Source: an uncultured virus (IMG/VR IMGVR_UViG_3300020215_000002)
Taxonomy: Duplodnaviria > Heunggongvirae > Uroviricota > Caudoviricetes
Virus record (IMG/VR): IMGVR_UViG_3300020215_000002
Length of the DNA: 20,000 nt
Direction: 5' to 3' (one strand)
Part shown: piece by piece, positions 1-8,721 of the stretch
How positions within the stretch are numbered: the first letter of the stretch is position 1
Layout of the letters: each line of letters opens with the position of its first letter
Made by a program: the position numbers and the translations under genes
Notes under the pieces: model-generated
What the model saw: only the letters and a program-made list of their open reading frames with translations
Database searches by the model: none
Told to the model about the DNA's origin: nothing

Positions 1-35
1 AACGACTCCCCGGCACCGCATTCTACGATCCCACA

Positions 36-1163
36 TCACACGAACTCAATGTGCGCAGGGGCCGGACTCGTCGGCAGCGCTACCCTCCCGTGCTTGTAGG
101 CGTACAGGAATTCATTGCTGGGATTTTGCAGGCAACCCGGTGGACATCTCCGACGGCTGTCCCATTGATCCCCGCCGATATAGTCCATCACCTCGTCGTA
201 GCGCTCGCTCGCCCAGATGTCACGGAAGCGGGTGGTGATGATGTTCCCGATGTGGGTCTTCTTGTGAGCCTCGTTGAACAGCATTCCGCATGGTGCGACC
301 GTGCCGTTCCCGCTGATTTGGAGCTGGAACCTCGGGCCGTAGCACTGCGAGTAGGTGCGCGAACATTTCGCCTTGATCCGCTCCCACTTCGCCGTGATGC
401 GGACGCCCGCCTGACGCCCGATCCGCTCGGCCTCTTCGAGGGCCGGGTACAGTTCCTCGTAGCGGCTGTAGTCCACACCGAGTTGGCCGTCGCTCCCGTC
501 GGCACAGTGCTTGATGACCGCATACGTCGGTTTCAACTCGGCCGCAAGGCGAGCGAAGGGGATGATCTGGTCCCCATCCTTCGGGTTGAGGACCATCTGC
601 ATGTTGAGGGTGCAGCCGAGCCCGTCCCGCCGAATGATCTCCATCCCGTCGTTGATGTTCTGAACCACCTGATGGAACCAGTCGCGCGGCACGCCCATGA
701 TCTCGGCGTAGCGCTTGGGTTCGCCGGCAGAGAAGTTGAATCGCAAGAACGAAAGGTGGCGGAGCGTCCTTTCGAGAATCGGCTTGGTGAGCTTGTACCC
801 GTTGCTGCCGGCGCCGACCTTCAATCCGACCTTGGCGGCGTGCTCGACGGCATCCGCCCACCAAGGAACAACCGTGCTCTCCCCGTCGCTGATGAATGAG
901 ATCCCCCGGACCCCAATGGCCGCCGCGTCGGTGAGAAAGTCGAGGAAGATATCCTTGGTGATCTTCCCAACTCCTTCGCTGGCCTGAAGTTGCGCGTAAC
1001 AGAAGTCACACGCATAATTGCACGAACGTGTCATCGACACGTCCATTGTGATGGGCGCGATCTTCTCCCCCCGCTGCCACGCCGCGATGCGGTCGGGGTA
1101 CCAGCCGACCTTCGTCCCATCGATGATGAGCTGGTCAACGAAGTCCGGGAGTGCCACGCTCAT
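36..1163 (-). CDS. Radical SAM protein with C-terminal SPASM/Twitch domain
   Basis: CxxxCxxC motif CNYACDFC, followed by a SPASM-like region CYGP...GTVAPCG...IGNI....FRDIW...CPPGC. ATGA overlap with the upstream ORF. Confidence 0.9.
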   Translation of the reverse strand: MSVALPDFVDQLIIDGTKVGWYPDRIAAWQRGEKIAPITMDVSMTRSCNYACDFCYAQLQASEGVGKITKDIFLDFLTDAAAIGVRGISFISDGESTVVPWWADAVEHAAKVGLKVGAGSNGYKLTKPILERTLRHLSFLRFNFSAGEPKRYAEIMGVPRDWFHQVVQNINDGMEIIRRDGLGCTLNMQMVLNPKDGDQIIPFARLAAELKPTYAVIKHCADGSDGQLGVDYSRYEELYPALEEAERIGRQAGVRITAKWERIKAKCSRTYSQCYGPRFQLQISGNGTVAPCGMLFNEAHKKTHIGNIITTRFRDIWASERYDEVMDYIGGDQWDSRRRCPPGCLQNPSNEFLYAYKHGRVALPTSPAPAHIEFV

Positions 1164-1444
1164 TTAGCGTCCCTCACAATCGGGTCGTCGGCGCCGGTCT
1201 GAACCGGCCAGAGTCGTCCGCTGCCGTCCTCGCGGAACTCGAAACCCGGCATGTACGTCAACTCGGCGGTCGTCACCTCATTGATGCCCACGGTCAGCAC
1301 CAGCCGCTTGGCCGGTACGTGGACGCCGTTGACCTTCACCTTCGCGTGCCTCCCGCTCGGGCCGGTCGCGACCACTTCCAGGGTGCCGACCTTGACCGTC
1401 AGCGTTTCGGGCTCAAGGGTGGCGGTCTTCTCGTCAGCGCTCAT
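1160..1444 (-). CDS. Hypothetical protein, 94 aa, beta-rich
   Basis: Translationally coupled on both sides (ATGA overlaps at 1441-1444 and 1160-1163); normal protein composition. Confidence 0.75.
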   Translation of the reverse strand: MSADEKTATLEPETLTVKVGTLEVVATGPSGRHAKVKVNGVHVPAKRLVLTVGINEVTTAELTYMPGFEFREDGSGRLWPVQTGADDPIVRDAK

Positions 1445-2130
1445 GGTTTCCTCAGCAGCACGGACAGGTAGGCGTAGGTGATGACCGGCGAGCCGTGCGG
1501 GTCAATGACCTCTTCCACTTCCGGGGCCCCCATCGGCTCCGCCGCCTCGACTAGCTGCGACTCGATGACCTCGAAGCCCACGTCGGCCGCCATGCAGTAA
1601 ACATCGGCCGGCGCATAGATCCGGTGGACGTTCCCGTACACGACGGACCGGGGCAGCGCTTCCACGGCGGGGCCGGCCATGATTGCCGCGAGCCCGCCGG
1701 GCCGCAGCACCCGGTAGATTTCCCGGAGCATCAGCAGGTCGCCGTTCGGCTTGACCGGGTCGCCGTAGCGGCCGAGGCCCGCGTGGCACAGGACGCACGT
1801 CGAAGACACGGCGTCGAACAGGCCGTCCGCCACCCCCCCCATCTCCGTCGCGTCACAGTCGCAGTAAACGCCGGGCAGGTTCGGCGGCCGGCGCACGTCC
1901 ATGTAGGTCGTCCGCCAGGCGGCGGCCCACAGCCGCTTCAACTCCGGCATCGGCGAGCCGATCACGAGGCACAAACGGCCCCGCCCCGCCCCCAGCCGGG
2001 TCTCCGCGAAGTCCGCCGCCGCCCCGTACCAGCCGCCGTCGCCGGTGGCCCAGCGCTCGTCAACGGTGTCAATGACGTCGCCCCCCACGAGGGGCATCCG
2101 CTCGGCGTCGATGGGCGGGGCGGCGGTCAT
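1441..2130 (-). CDS. Class I SAM-dependent methyltransferase, DUF268-like, about 229 aa
   Basis: Motifs FDAVSS..VL.HAGLGRYGDPVKPNGD...EIYRVLRPGG...N.HRIY match my recollection of DUF268. Start reassigned to the ATG at 2130, which overlaps the upstream stop (TGATG). Confidence 0.8.
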   Translation of the reverse strand: MTAAPPIDAERMPLVGGDVIDTVDERWATGDGGWYGAAADFAETRLGAGRGRLCLVIGSPMPELKRLWAAAWRTTYMDVRRPPNLPGVYCDCDATEMGGVADGLFDAVSSTCVLCHAGLGRYGDPVKPNGDLLMLREIYRVLRPGGLAAIMAGPAVEALPRSVVYGNVHRIYAPADVYCMAADVGFEVIESQLVEAAEPMGAPEVEEVIDPHGSPVITYAYLSVLLRKP

Positions 2131-2390
2131 CAGATGAACTCGCGGAACCGGCGGTCGCGGACGAGTTCTCCCCGCGGCTCGGGGTCGGCCGGCGTGGTCG
2201 CCATTGTCTCGATGACTTCCATGAGCTTGATGCGCTGGTCCCGCATGTTGGTGTAAATGGCATCGCGGCGGCTGATCGCTTCCTGTTCTCGCCGCCTCAA
2301 CACTTCCCACTCCTGCTCGGCCTCGCGGTAGGCCGTGACTAACGCGGCCAGGTCGCGGGCGCATATCGCCAACTCTTCTTCGATGCTCAC
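2130..2390 (-). CDS. Hypothetical coiled-coil protein, 86 aa, ending in RRFREFI
   Basis: GTGA and TGATG overlaps with both neighbours; helical charged sequence. Confidence 0.75.
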   Translation of the reverse strand: MSIEEELAICARDLAALVTAYREAEQEWEVLRRREQEAISRRDAIYTNMRDQRIKLMEVIETMATTPADPEPRGELVRDRRFREFI

Positions 2391-2605
2391 AGGCTGGCCC
2401 TCTGCTCGACCGTCATGTCCCGCCGCCGCTTAAGGTCGTCCTGCATGGTGACCTTGAACACCTCCGCCGGCACCCCCAACTCCTCCCTCAAATACCGCTC
2501 CAGCCGTAACAGCGCACGGCCCTGGGCATCACTCCCGATGCCCGGGCCGAAGGTGACAATGACGTGGTGGGGCGGGACGGGGGGGTCGGTGAGGGAGATT
2601 TGCAT
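2387..2605 (-). CDS. Hypothetical protein, 72 aa
   Basis: ATG start, coupled to the next gene; TATAAT about 32 nt upstream. Confidence 0.7.
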   Translation of the reverse strand: MQISLTDPPVPPHHVIVTFGPGIGSDAQGRALLRLERYLREELGVPAEVFKVTMQDDLKRRRDMTVEQRASL

Positions 2606-2637
2606 GCGCGAGTCTGCGCGGGGCGACGAGTGGCGGT

Positions 2638-2643
2638 ATTATA
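2638..2643 (-). promoter_or_regulatory. Possible -10 element (TATAAT) for the small-ORF, methyltransferase and radical SAM operon
   Basis: Perfect TATAAT in very GC-rich DNA, overlapping the stop of the upstream ORF. No clear -35. Confidence 0.4.
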
Positions 2644-2920
2644 CTCGCTCGTCGCTCGGGGTGTCGTCTAATTCCTTGAGGCCGTTGGGGAGTTGGACGG
2701 GCGGGCCGGCGAGGCCGATCCCGTCCACCGGCATCACACCCTCAAAGGTCGCCACCTCGCGCCCGACGGCGACCGCCAACTCGTCGGCCTCGGCCCCGCT
2801 GAACTTCAGCGTCCCGCCGTTGTCCAGGCCGACGACCACGGACCCGTCGGAGGCCCAGACGGCACTACAGACGTGACACAGGTTGACGGTGTACCCGCCG
2901 ATGTGAACGAACGACGCCAT
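2639..2920 (-). CDS. Hypothetical protein, 93 aa (MASFVHIGGYTVNL...)
   Basis: 3' end of the 2639..4213 ORF. ATG at 2920 is preceded by AGGGGG, and composition turns protein-like from this point. Confidence 0.65.
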   Translation of the reverse strand: MASFVHIGGYTVNLCHVCSAVWASDGSVVVGLDNGGTLKFSGAEADELAVAVGREVATFEGVMPVDGIGLAGPPVQLPNGLKELDDTPSDERV

Positions 2921-2937
2921 CACGCCCCCTTGTGGCC

Positions 2938-3363
2938 TCACACCTGCTTCTTCTGATCCCCGATCACCACGTCCAGGGCGATGGCCAGGACCGTGGTCGT
3001 CGTACCGCTGATGAGCGTGGTGCCCGTCATGTCCCCGACGTACCTCACATACCGCTGCGTGCGGGTGAACGCGATGGCCTGGAGGCCGCCGACCCCGGTG
3101 GACAGGCCCGCCAGGGGGGTGAACGTGGCCCCCGGAATATCCACGAAGTTCCCGGCCGTGGTGCTGGGCGACTCCTGCATCTTCCCGGCCAGCCCGACGG
3201 CCACGCCCGTGATGCTCCCGACCACCTGGATGGCGAAGCACCGGGCGTCGCTGGTGATCAGGTCCACGGCCGGGCCGGTCACGTCGGCCGTGACGGCGGC
3301 CGTCGGGCTGGTGATCCCGGGCGCGACGTGGATGACCTTGATGTCGCCGAGTTTGCTGCTCAT
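2938..3363 (-). CDS. Probable capsid decoration/cement protein, paralog 2
   Basis: Downstream of the MCP; T/A/G/V-rich beta protein with AVD...QES...F.D..GA.F...R..RYVR pattern reminiscent of Bbp16-like cement proteins; paralog of 3403..3798. Confidence 0.65.
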   Translation of the reverse strand: MSSKLGDIKVIHVAPGITSPTAAVTADVTGPAVDLITSDARCFAIQVVGSITGVAVGLAGKMQESPSTTAGNFVDIPGATFTPLAGLSTGVGGLQAIAFTRTQRYVRYVGDMTGTTLISGTTTTVLAIALDVVIGDQKKQV

Positions 3364-3402
3364 GGTGGCCCGGGTGAGGTCGCCGTCTGGCTCGTCTGGC
3401 TC

Positions 3403-3798
3403 TCAATACTGCTTCTTCTGCCCGCCGATGAGGACGCTCAGGGCGACCGCGCTGGTGGTCCCGGCGATGTCCCCGACGTACCGGACGAACCGCTGGGTGC
3501 GCTGGAAGTTGAGGACCTGGATGCCCCCGACCCCGGTGGTACTCGTGATGGTCGTGAACACGGCCCCGGCCACGTCCGTGAAGGACGCCGCGGTCGTACT
3601 CGGGGACTCCTGGACCTTCCCGACGAACGTCAACTCGGTCCCGGCCACCGTGCCGACCACCTGGATGGCAAAGCAGTTGTTGTCGCACGTCAGCATGTCC
3701 ACGGCGGCGGCCGTGATGTCCGTGGACACCGCGATGGTCGGGTTGGTGTTCCCGGCCGCCAGGTGGAGGACCTTGATGTCGTTGAGTTTGCTGGACAT
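3403..3798 (-). CDS. Probable capsid decoration/cement protein, paralog 1
   Basis: Immediately after the MCP. Start placed at MSSKL (3798) by alignment to the paralog; shared CFAIQVVG, QESPSTTA, GVGG.Q, RTQR.VRYVGD and QKKQ. Confidence 0.65.
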   Translation of the reverse strand: MSSKLNDIKVLHLAAGNTNPTIAVSTDITAAAVDMLTCDNNCFAIQVVGTVAGTELTFVGKVQESPSTTAASFTDVAGAVFTTITSTTGVGGIQVLNFQRTQRFVRYVGDIAGTTSAVALSVLIGGQKKQY

Positions 3799-3849
3799 TG
3801 AACTCTCGGCTCCGGGGGAGGACAACAGGGGCCCTGCGGGGCCGAAGGC

Positions 3850-5295
3850 TCACGCGACGTTGATGGCATCCGCGAACACGAAGCTGCTCGCGTGCCGGGG
3901 GCCGGCGTCGATGTGCTGGATGCACCGGAGCCGGGTCTGGTCGTTGGTCATCTGGGTGTCCCCGACGTTGCTGCTCAGGAACTCCAGGACCCCGAACCGG
4001 GCCGTCACCCAGTCCGGGAAGTGGCCCAGAATGACGTAGGTCCGGGACCCGTTGTCGCGGGTCCGGGACACCTGGGTGGACCGGACGACGGGCGTCCCGT
4101 CGAGCTGGTACTGTTGCCGCTCCTGGAGGCTCCGCCACACGCTGGCCAGGTACGGGCCCTCGTTGTCCCCGGCCGTGACGGCGGCGGCCCGCCGGTTCCG
4201 GATCTTGGCCCACAACTGCCGGGCCATCACCCAGGCCGTCGGCTCGCCCGCCGTGTCCGGCAGGATGGACTCCATTTCGGCCGCGTCACTGATCTGGAAC
4301 AGGTTGGAAGTGACGGTGTAGGCCAGCAGGGGGTCCGTCCCGGTGCTCCAGGACGCCGCCGAGGGGTAGGTGATGAGGCCCTTGATCTGGGTCCCGCCGG
4401 TGCCCTCCAGCATCGCCAGGTCGGCCTTGAGCGCCGCCACCTTGGCCATGTCGCCCCGGACCATCGCCTCGGCGGTGATGGACCCGAACCGGATCAGCTC
4501 GTTGTTCAGGTCCACCAGGACGCCCAGCTTCTTGGCCTGCAAGTCCAGGTACCCGGTGGCGGGGGTGGACTCCGTGATCGTGGCCCCCTCGCCGACCCAG
4601 TAGGCCGTGGTCACGTTGGTCAGCTTGGGGTACTGCATCCGGCCGTTGGCGGGCAGGCCGACCTCGGAGGCCCCGGCCCGGGCGAACACCTCCAGGTTCC
4701 GCTGGATGTCCACCAGCTCCATCAGGGTCGGGAACCCGACCAGGACGCCGCCGGTGTTCTCGTCCACGGTCCCCAGGTCCTTCTGCCGCAGGCCCATCTT
4801 GCGGCCGATCCAGGCCGCCTCCAGCGGGTCCACCTGATCCGCGTTGGCCACCATCTTCAGCTTGAGTTCGGCGACGGTCCGCTGCTCGGCCGAGGACCCC
4901 TGGGGCAAACACCTCGTGTCGTAGGGGATGACCATCGACCGGCCGCCCTGATTCGGGGTCGGCCGCCAGCCGTGGTCGTGGTAGCTGGCCTTGAGCTTCT
5001 CGTGGACGTCCAACTCGTACTTGACCTTCTCGCGGTCCACGAAGCCCGCCATGTAGCCGGCGGCCCGGAGGACGCTGTACCCCTCGGAGTCGCCCGGCAG
5101 TCGCCCGATCTGGGCGTACACCCCGTTCGGGTTGACGCCCGCGGGATACACGGCACCGGCGTGCTTCTCCTTGAACTCGGCGAGTTCCCGCCGCTGGATC
5201 TTCTGCTCCGCCTGGACGTCGGCGACGCCCTTCTTGACCTCGGCGACGAGTTCGAGGACTTCCGCGGCGGCGGACTTACCGGCGAGCGTGCTCAT
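3850..5295 (-). CDS. HK97-family major capsid protein with N-terminal delta/scaffold region
   Basis: Coiled-coil N-terminus; QKDLGTVDENTGGVLV mature-start motif; AYWVGEG; L.AKKLGVLV.LNNEL; ML.GTG...IKG; GHF; DQT..R. Position fits the head module. Confidence 0.95.
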   Translation of the reverse strand: MSTLAGKSAAAEVLELVAEVKKGVADVQAEQKIQRRELAEFKEKHAGAVYPAGVNPNGVYAQIGRLPGDSEGYSVLRAAGYMAGFVDREKVKYELDVHEKLKASYHDHGWRPTPNQGGRSMVIPYDTRCLPQGSSAEQRTVAELKLKMVANADQVDPLEAAWIGRKMGLRQKDLGTVDENTGGVLVGFPTLMELVDIQRNLEVFARAGASEVGLPANGRMQYPKLTNVTTAYWVGEGATITESTPATGYLDLQAKKLGVLVDLNNELIRFGSITAEAMVRGDMAKVAALKADLAMLEGTGGTQIKGLITYPSAASWSTGTDPLLAYTVTSNLFQISDAAEMESILPDTAGEPTAWVMARQLWAKIRNRRAAAVTAGDNEGPYLASVWRSLQERQQYQLDGTPVVRSTQVSRTRDNGSRTYVILGHFPDWVTARFGVLEFLSSNVGDTQMTNDQTRLRCIQHIDAGPRHASSFVFADAINVA

Positions 5296-5300
5296 ATCGG

Positions 5301-5344
5301 TGGACCCAATGGGGATGCGGCAGTCCGCAAGCTACGTGGGTCCA
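5301..5344 (-). promoter_or_regulatory. Structured 5' leader (nested stem-loop) just upstream of the MCP start codon
   Basis: TGGACCCA (5301-5308) is the reverse complement of TGGGTCCA (5337-5344); inner hairpin TGCGG-cagt-CCGCA at 5316-5329; ends 5 nt before the ATG. Confidence 0.55.
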
Positions 5345-5394
5345 TTAGGCGGGCGGGGTGGGGCGGGGGGAAAGTGGGGCGGGCGGCGGGCTTG

Positions 5395-7005
5395 TCAAGT
5401 CCCCGCGCGGGATTTCTGGATAAAGCCGGGAAGGGCGAACCGCAGGGCCTTGCCGAACACCTCGTCCAGGAGGTCGTTCGGCCGCAGCTCGGTCCGGCCC
5501 GTGCGCGGGCGGGGCTTTGCCTGCTCCGGCTCGGCGAACGCCGCGTCCAGGTCCGGGTTGTGCCGGGGGTCGGAGGGCGGCGTGCCCTTCGGGGCCGGCT
5601 TGGGCTTCGCCTCGGCCTTCGGCTTCCCGGCTACCGTCGGCAGGCCGAAGGCGTCGGTGGACTCCCCCGACTCCTTGCGGGCCTGCGCTTCCTCTGAGAA
5701 GTGCTGGGCGTGGAGGCGGCTGGCCAGGCTGAGGCTGAGCTTGAATTCCCGCTGCTGGCGGGCGTTCAACGGCCGCCCGGCCTGGGCCTGCCGGCGCAGG
5801 ATGTTGGCCCGGCCCATCGCCCAGATCAGGTGCTCGCGGGCCTCGGTTTCGTTGGCGGGGCTACCCAGGTTCGGCGGGGGATTACCGGTGCCGGGCATCG
5901 ACGGGCGGGCGCGCCCTGGTAGGGACGGCGGCGGGGCCACCCGCGTGAACCGGCGGTCGGCGTTGCGGAACTTTGGGGCGCGGGCCGGCTTCGGGGTGTC
6001 GGCCGAAAGCACGCTGGCCCGCGGCTTTTTGGAGCCCCCGCCACGGGCGAATTGGCCGCGGTTCTGCGCGTTTCCTCTCGGGTGCTTGGACTCGTCAAAG
6101 TGGCCGGCCAGGACGGCGGCGGCCCCGACCGCCCGCGCGACCCCGCCCAGCAGGCCGCCGCGGCGGGCCTTGGTGACGAGGGCCGGGAGGGCGAACCCAA
6201 GGGCCTTCTCCCTCGCCGCCAGCCCCGCGTGCCGCTCGAACGCCGTCACGATCCGGTCGGCGGCGTCGTAGGCGCGGCTGTCGTCCTCGTCCTCCGACAC
6301 CTCCAGGTGCTCGCCGATGGCCTCGGCGGCGTACTGGCGGGCGTCGAACCCGTCCCAGTTGCCCGGCGCCTCGGTTAGCACCTTGGCGGCCGGCCCGAGG
6401 AGCGATTCCCGGACGTTGCGGAGCAGGTCGGACCGGGCCGTGTCGCCGCCGGGCCGCAGGTCTTCTTCGGCGAACTCCAGCCAGCCGACGTCCAGGGCCT
6501 TGCGGTACTCGTCGGTGAGGACTTCTTCCGCGGCGGCAGCGGCGTCGATGGGAATGCCGGAAGCGATATCCGGGTGGGCCTCCCAGAACGCCGCGAAGGT
6601 AGAGCGGACGTGGTTGTCGATGTGCTCCGCGACTTCCTCTTTCAGCCGCGGGAAGTCCAGCGCCTCATACGCGGCGGCCTCCGTCGGGGCCTCGATGGCC
6701 GCGATGTACCGCTCCGCGACCAGTGGGTACAGGTCCCGCACGAGGGGCTTGTCGGCCATCACCCGTTTGGCGTGGGCCAGTTGCTCCCGCACGAGGTCGG
6801 CCCGCTCCTTCCGGCCGCGGGCCCGGGCGGCGTTGGCCCGCTCCCGGAGGGATGGTTTTTCGGAGGGGGTGCGCCCGGCCGGCCCCGCGGGCTCGCCGTG
6901 CCGGCCGGGCGCCGACGAGAACTTGCCCGCGTCCCGCGGGTGCTTGGTGGGGTCGAACGGGACGGACTTGGTGACGATGGGGGATAGGCGGAATGCCACG
7001 GCCAA
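5395..7005 (-). CDS. Head-associated protein, 536 aa, with two F-D-x-x-KHPR...G-x-F motifs and repeated KALxFALP..K(S/A) motifs
   Basis: Lies between protease and MCP; FDPTKHPRDAGKF and FDESKHPRGNAQNRGQF; acidic helical middle and basic Pro-rich C-terminal half. Confidence 0.7.
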   Translation of the reverse strand: MAVAFRLSPIVTKSVPFDPTKHPRDAGKFSSAPGRHGEPAGPAGRTPSEKPSLRERANAARARGRKERADLVREQLAHAKRVMADKPLVRDLYPLVAERYIAAIEAPTEAAAYEALDFPRLKEEVAEHIDNHVRSTFAAFWEAHPDIASGIPIDAAAAAEEVLTDEYRKALDVGWLEFAEEDLRPGGDTARSDLLRNVRESLLGPAAKVLTEAPGNWDGFDARQYAAEAIGEHLEVSEDEDDSRAYDAADRIVTAFERHAGLAAREKALGFALPALVTKARRGGLLGGVARAVGAAAVLAGHFDESKHPRGNAQNRGQFARGGGSKKPRASVLSADTPKPARAPKFRNADRRFTRVAPPPSLPGRARPSMPGTGNPPPNLGSPANETEAREHLIWAMGRANILRRQAQAGRPLNARQQREFKLSLSLASRLHAQHFSEEAQARKESGESTDAFGLPTVAGKPKAEAKPKPAPKGTPPSDPRHNPDLDAAFAEPEQAKPRPRTGRTELRPNDLLDEVFGKALRFALPGFIQKSRAGT

Positions 7006-7013
7006 CCCTCCCG

Positions 7014-7442
7014 TCAGACCCGGTCCCGCCGCCGGCCCCCGAGGTTGGGGACCGACGACGGGACCGCGGGCCGCGCAACGACTGGGGGCGGCTCCGGGGC
7101 GGGCTGGGCGGCCTCCCGAGGGGCCTCCGGGACGGGCTTCAGGTCCGGTCCCGGAAAATTACCGGGACCGGACGGCCGGGACGGTTCGGCGACCTTAACC
7201 GGCGTCTGCGAAACCGCTTGCGGCACGACCGCAGGCGGCGCCGGCTCGGACGGCTTTTGGCTGCCAATTTGGAGCAAGTGCCGTTGGCACTCCGAGGCGT
7301 GTTTGCGCTTGTCGTCCACGGCTTGGCCGGCGCGAGTCACTTCGGATTGAAGGACGGCCAGCTTCGCCTCCGCGTCTTTCAACGCCTGAACGGCGGCGGC
7401 ATAACTCCGGGCGGCGGTCAGGATCGCGGCGTCGGTGGCCAT
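7014..7442 (-). CDS. Hypothetical protein with N-terminal coiled coil and Pro-rich tail, 142 aa
   Basis: ATG 1 nt after the protease stop; fills the gap in the operon. Confidence 0.7.
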   Translation of the reverse strand: MATDAAILTAARSYAAAVQALKDAEAKLAVLQSEVTRAGQAVDDKRKHASECQRHLLQIGSQKPSEPAPPAVVPQAVSQTPVKVAEPSRPSGPGNFPGPDLKPVPEAPREAAQPAPEPPPVVARPAVPSSVPNLGGRRRDRV

Positions 7443-7443
7443 C

Positions 7444-8721
7444 CTACACCCCCCGCACGGCGTCGAGGACGGCCTTGGCGCCCGCCATCTCGCTCTTGAC
7501 CCGCTCCCAGTCGGCCTCCTCGTCCGGCTGGTCGGGCGGCAGCCGGACGAACCGGACGGCCTCCAGGTCGTTGGCCATCTTCTTGCTGACGCACCGGGTC
7601 CGGTGGGGGAGGAGTTGGTCCCGGGCCTGGGTCCGGAGGTACTGGACGGCCTTCTCGATAACCGGGGCGTCGTCCTCGGAGAGGGCCTTCTTGTACCGCT
7701 TCAGGTAGTCGTCCCAGTCTCGCAACGCCTTCTGCCGCCACTCGAACATCATCGTCTCGTTGATGTCGTCGCCGGGGTTGCCCGGCACGGCCGGCTGGTC
7801 CGGGTAGTCCTGGGCGTGGTTTAGGTGGCCCTTCTGGCAGACTTCCAGCGCCTTGCCGAAGAGCGCAATACACCGCCGGGCGTCCGCCTTGGTCCGCTCG
7901 TTCTCCTGGACGCCGTGGAGTTCCCTCGCGAGTCCAAGCATCTTGAGGGAGGCCCCGGCCATCGCGTGGTAGAACTGGGTGGAGGGCGTCAGGGCGACGG
8001 CTTCCGTCTCCAGCGGCTCGTCGTCCAGCAGGTCGTCCGGGGGGGCGGGCGGGTCGAGGTCGCCGAGGTCGTCCAGCCCGTCGTCGGCCTTCGCCTTCAC
8101 GAACCCGCCCGTGACCTGCGCCTTCTTGGCCGGGAGGTACGGGACCAGCATGTCCTTCAGTTCCGGCACCAGGGACTCGCCCCCGAAGCCTTTCTCCACC
8201 GCGACCACGAGCGCGTCGGGGTTCATCCCGATGGGACAATGGCTGATCTCGATGAGCCGCCACTTGTCGTAAATGAACGCCGGGTGGCCGTCGTGGGCCT
8301 TGACCTTGTGGACGCTCCCGGGCACCGTCTGGAAGCCGGGCGAGACGCCGCGGAGGGCCCCGGACTCCACCAGCCGGAAGGACTGGAGGGCCAGCTTGCT
8401 GGACTGGTCGAAGTAGTTGACCGCCTCGATCCGGTCCTCGAAGGACTTGAGCGTATAGTGGCCGTCCGGGTCCTGGGCCCGCGCGATCCCCGGCCAGTCC
8501 TTCCGGTGGTTCAGGAGGACGATGGGGTTCCGCTTGTGGTCGCGGGTGTCGCAGCCCTTGGCGATCAGGATGTCCCGCTCGCGGTCCATCGTCTCCGTGG
8601 AGACGATGACCCGCACGGCCATTTTGGCGCCGTCCGCCTTGATGTCGGCGTCCGGGACCAGATAGGCGAGGGACTCGTCATCGAGCTTCTTGACGCGCCA
8701 GGGAGTCGTATCGATCTGCAT
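7444..8721 (-). CDS. HK97-type prohead (maturation) protease with long C-terminal extension
   Basis: STETMDRERD, NPIVLLNH (catalytic His), GVSPGF (catalytic Ser), EISHCPIGMNPDA; about 250 aa helical/acidic extension. Confidence 0.9.
   Translation of the reverse strand: MQIDTTPWRVKKLDDESLAYLVPDADIKADGAKMAVRVIVSTETMDRERDILIAKGCDTRDHKRNPIVLLNHRKDWPGIARAQDPDGHYTLKSFEDRIEAVNYFDQSSKLALQSFRLVESGALRGVSPGFQTVPGSVHKVKAHDGHPAFIYDKWRLIEISHCPIGMNPDALVVAVEKGFGGESLVPELKDMLVPYLPAKKAQVTGGFVKAKADDGLDDLGDLDPPAPPDDLLDDEPLETEAVALTPSTQFYHAMAGASLKMLGLARELHGVQENERTKADARRCIALFGKALEVCQKGHLNHAQDYPDQPAVPGNPGDDINETMMFEWRQKALRDWDDYLKRYKKALSEDDAPVIEKAVQYLRTQARDQLLPHRTRCVSKKMANDLEAVRFVRLPPDQPDEEADWERVKSEMAGAKAVLDAVRGV

Noticed and set aside
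1783..1797. CxxCH (CVLCH) heme-c motif in the methyltransferase
   Set aside because: It falls on the family's S...EH.GLGRYGD motif with Glu replaced by Cys, and there is no signal peptide; probably coincidental.
2131..2364. N-terminal extension of the methyltransferase ORF
   Set aside because: Overlaps the 86-aa gene in another frame; TGATG coupling supports a start at 2130.
2921..4213. 5' part of the 524-aa ORF 2639..4213
   Set aside because: Arg/Gly/Pro-rich alternative frame over the MCP and decoration genes; only 2639..2920 looks like a real gene.
3850..5295. Encapsulin or gene transfer agent rather than phage
   Set aside because: Terminase, portal, protease and an early regulatory region argue for a phage; tail genes may simply lie outside the window.
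3892..5697. Long plus-strand ORFs (601 aa here; also 10281..11930, 7825..9021, 12658..13803)
   Set aside because: Antisense shadows of real high-GC genes, with no motifs.
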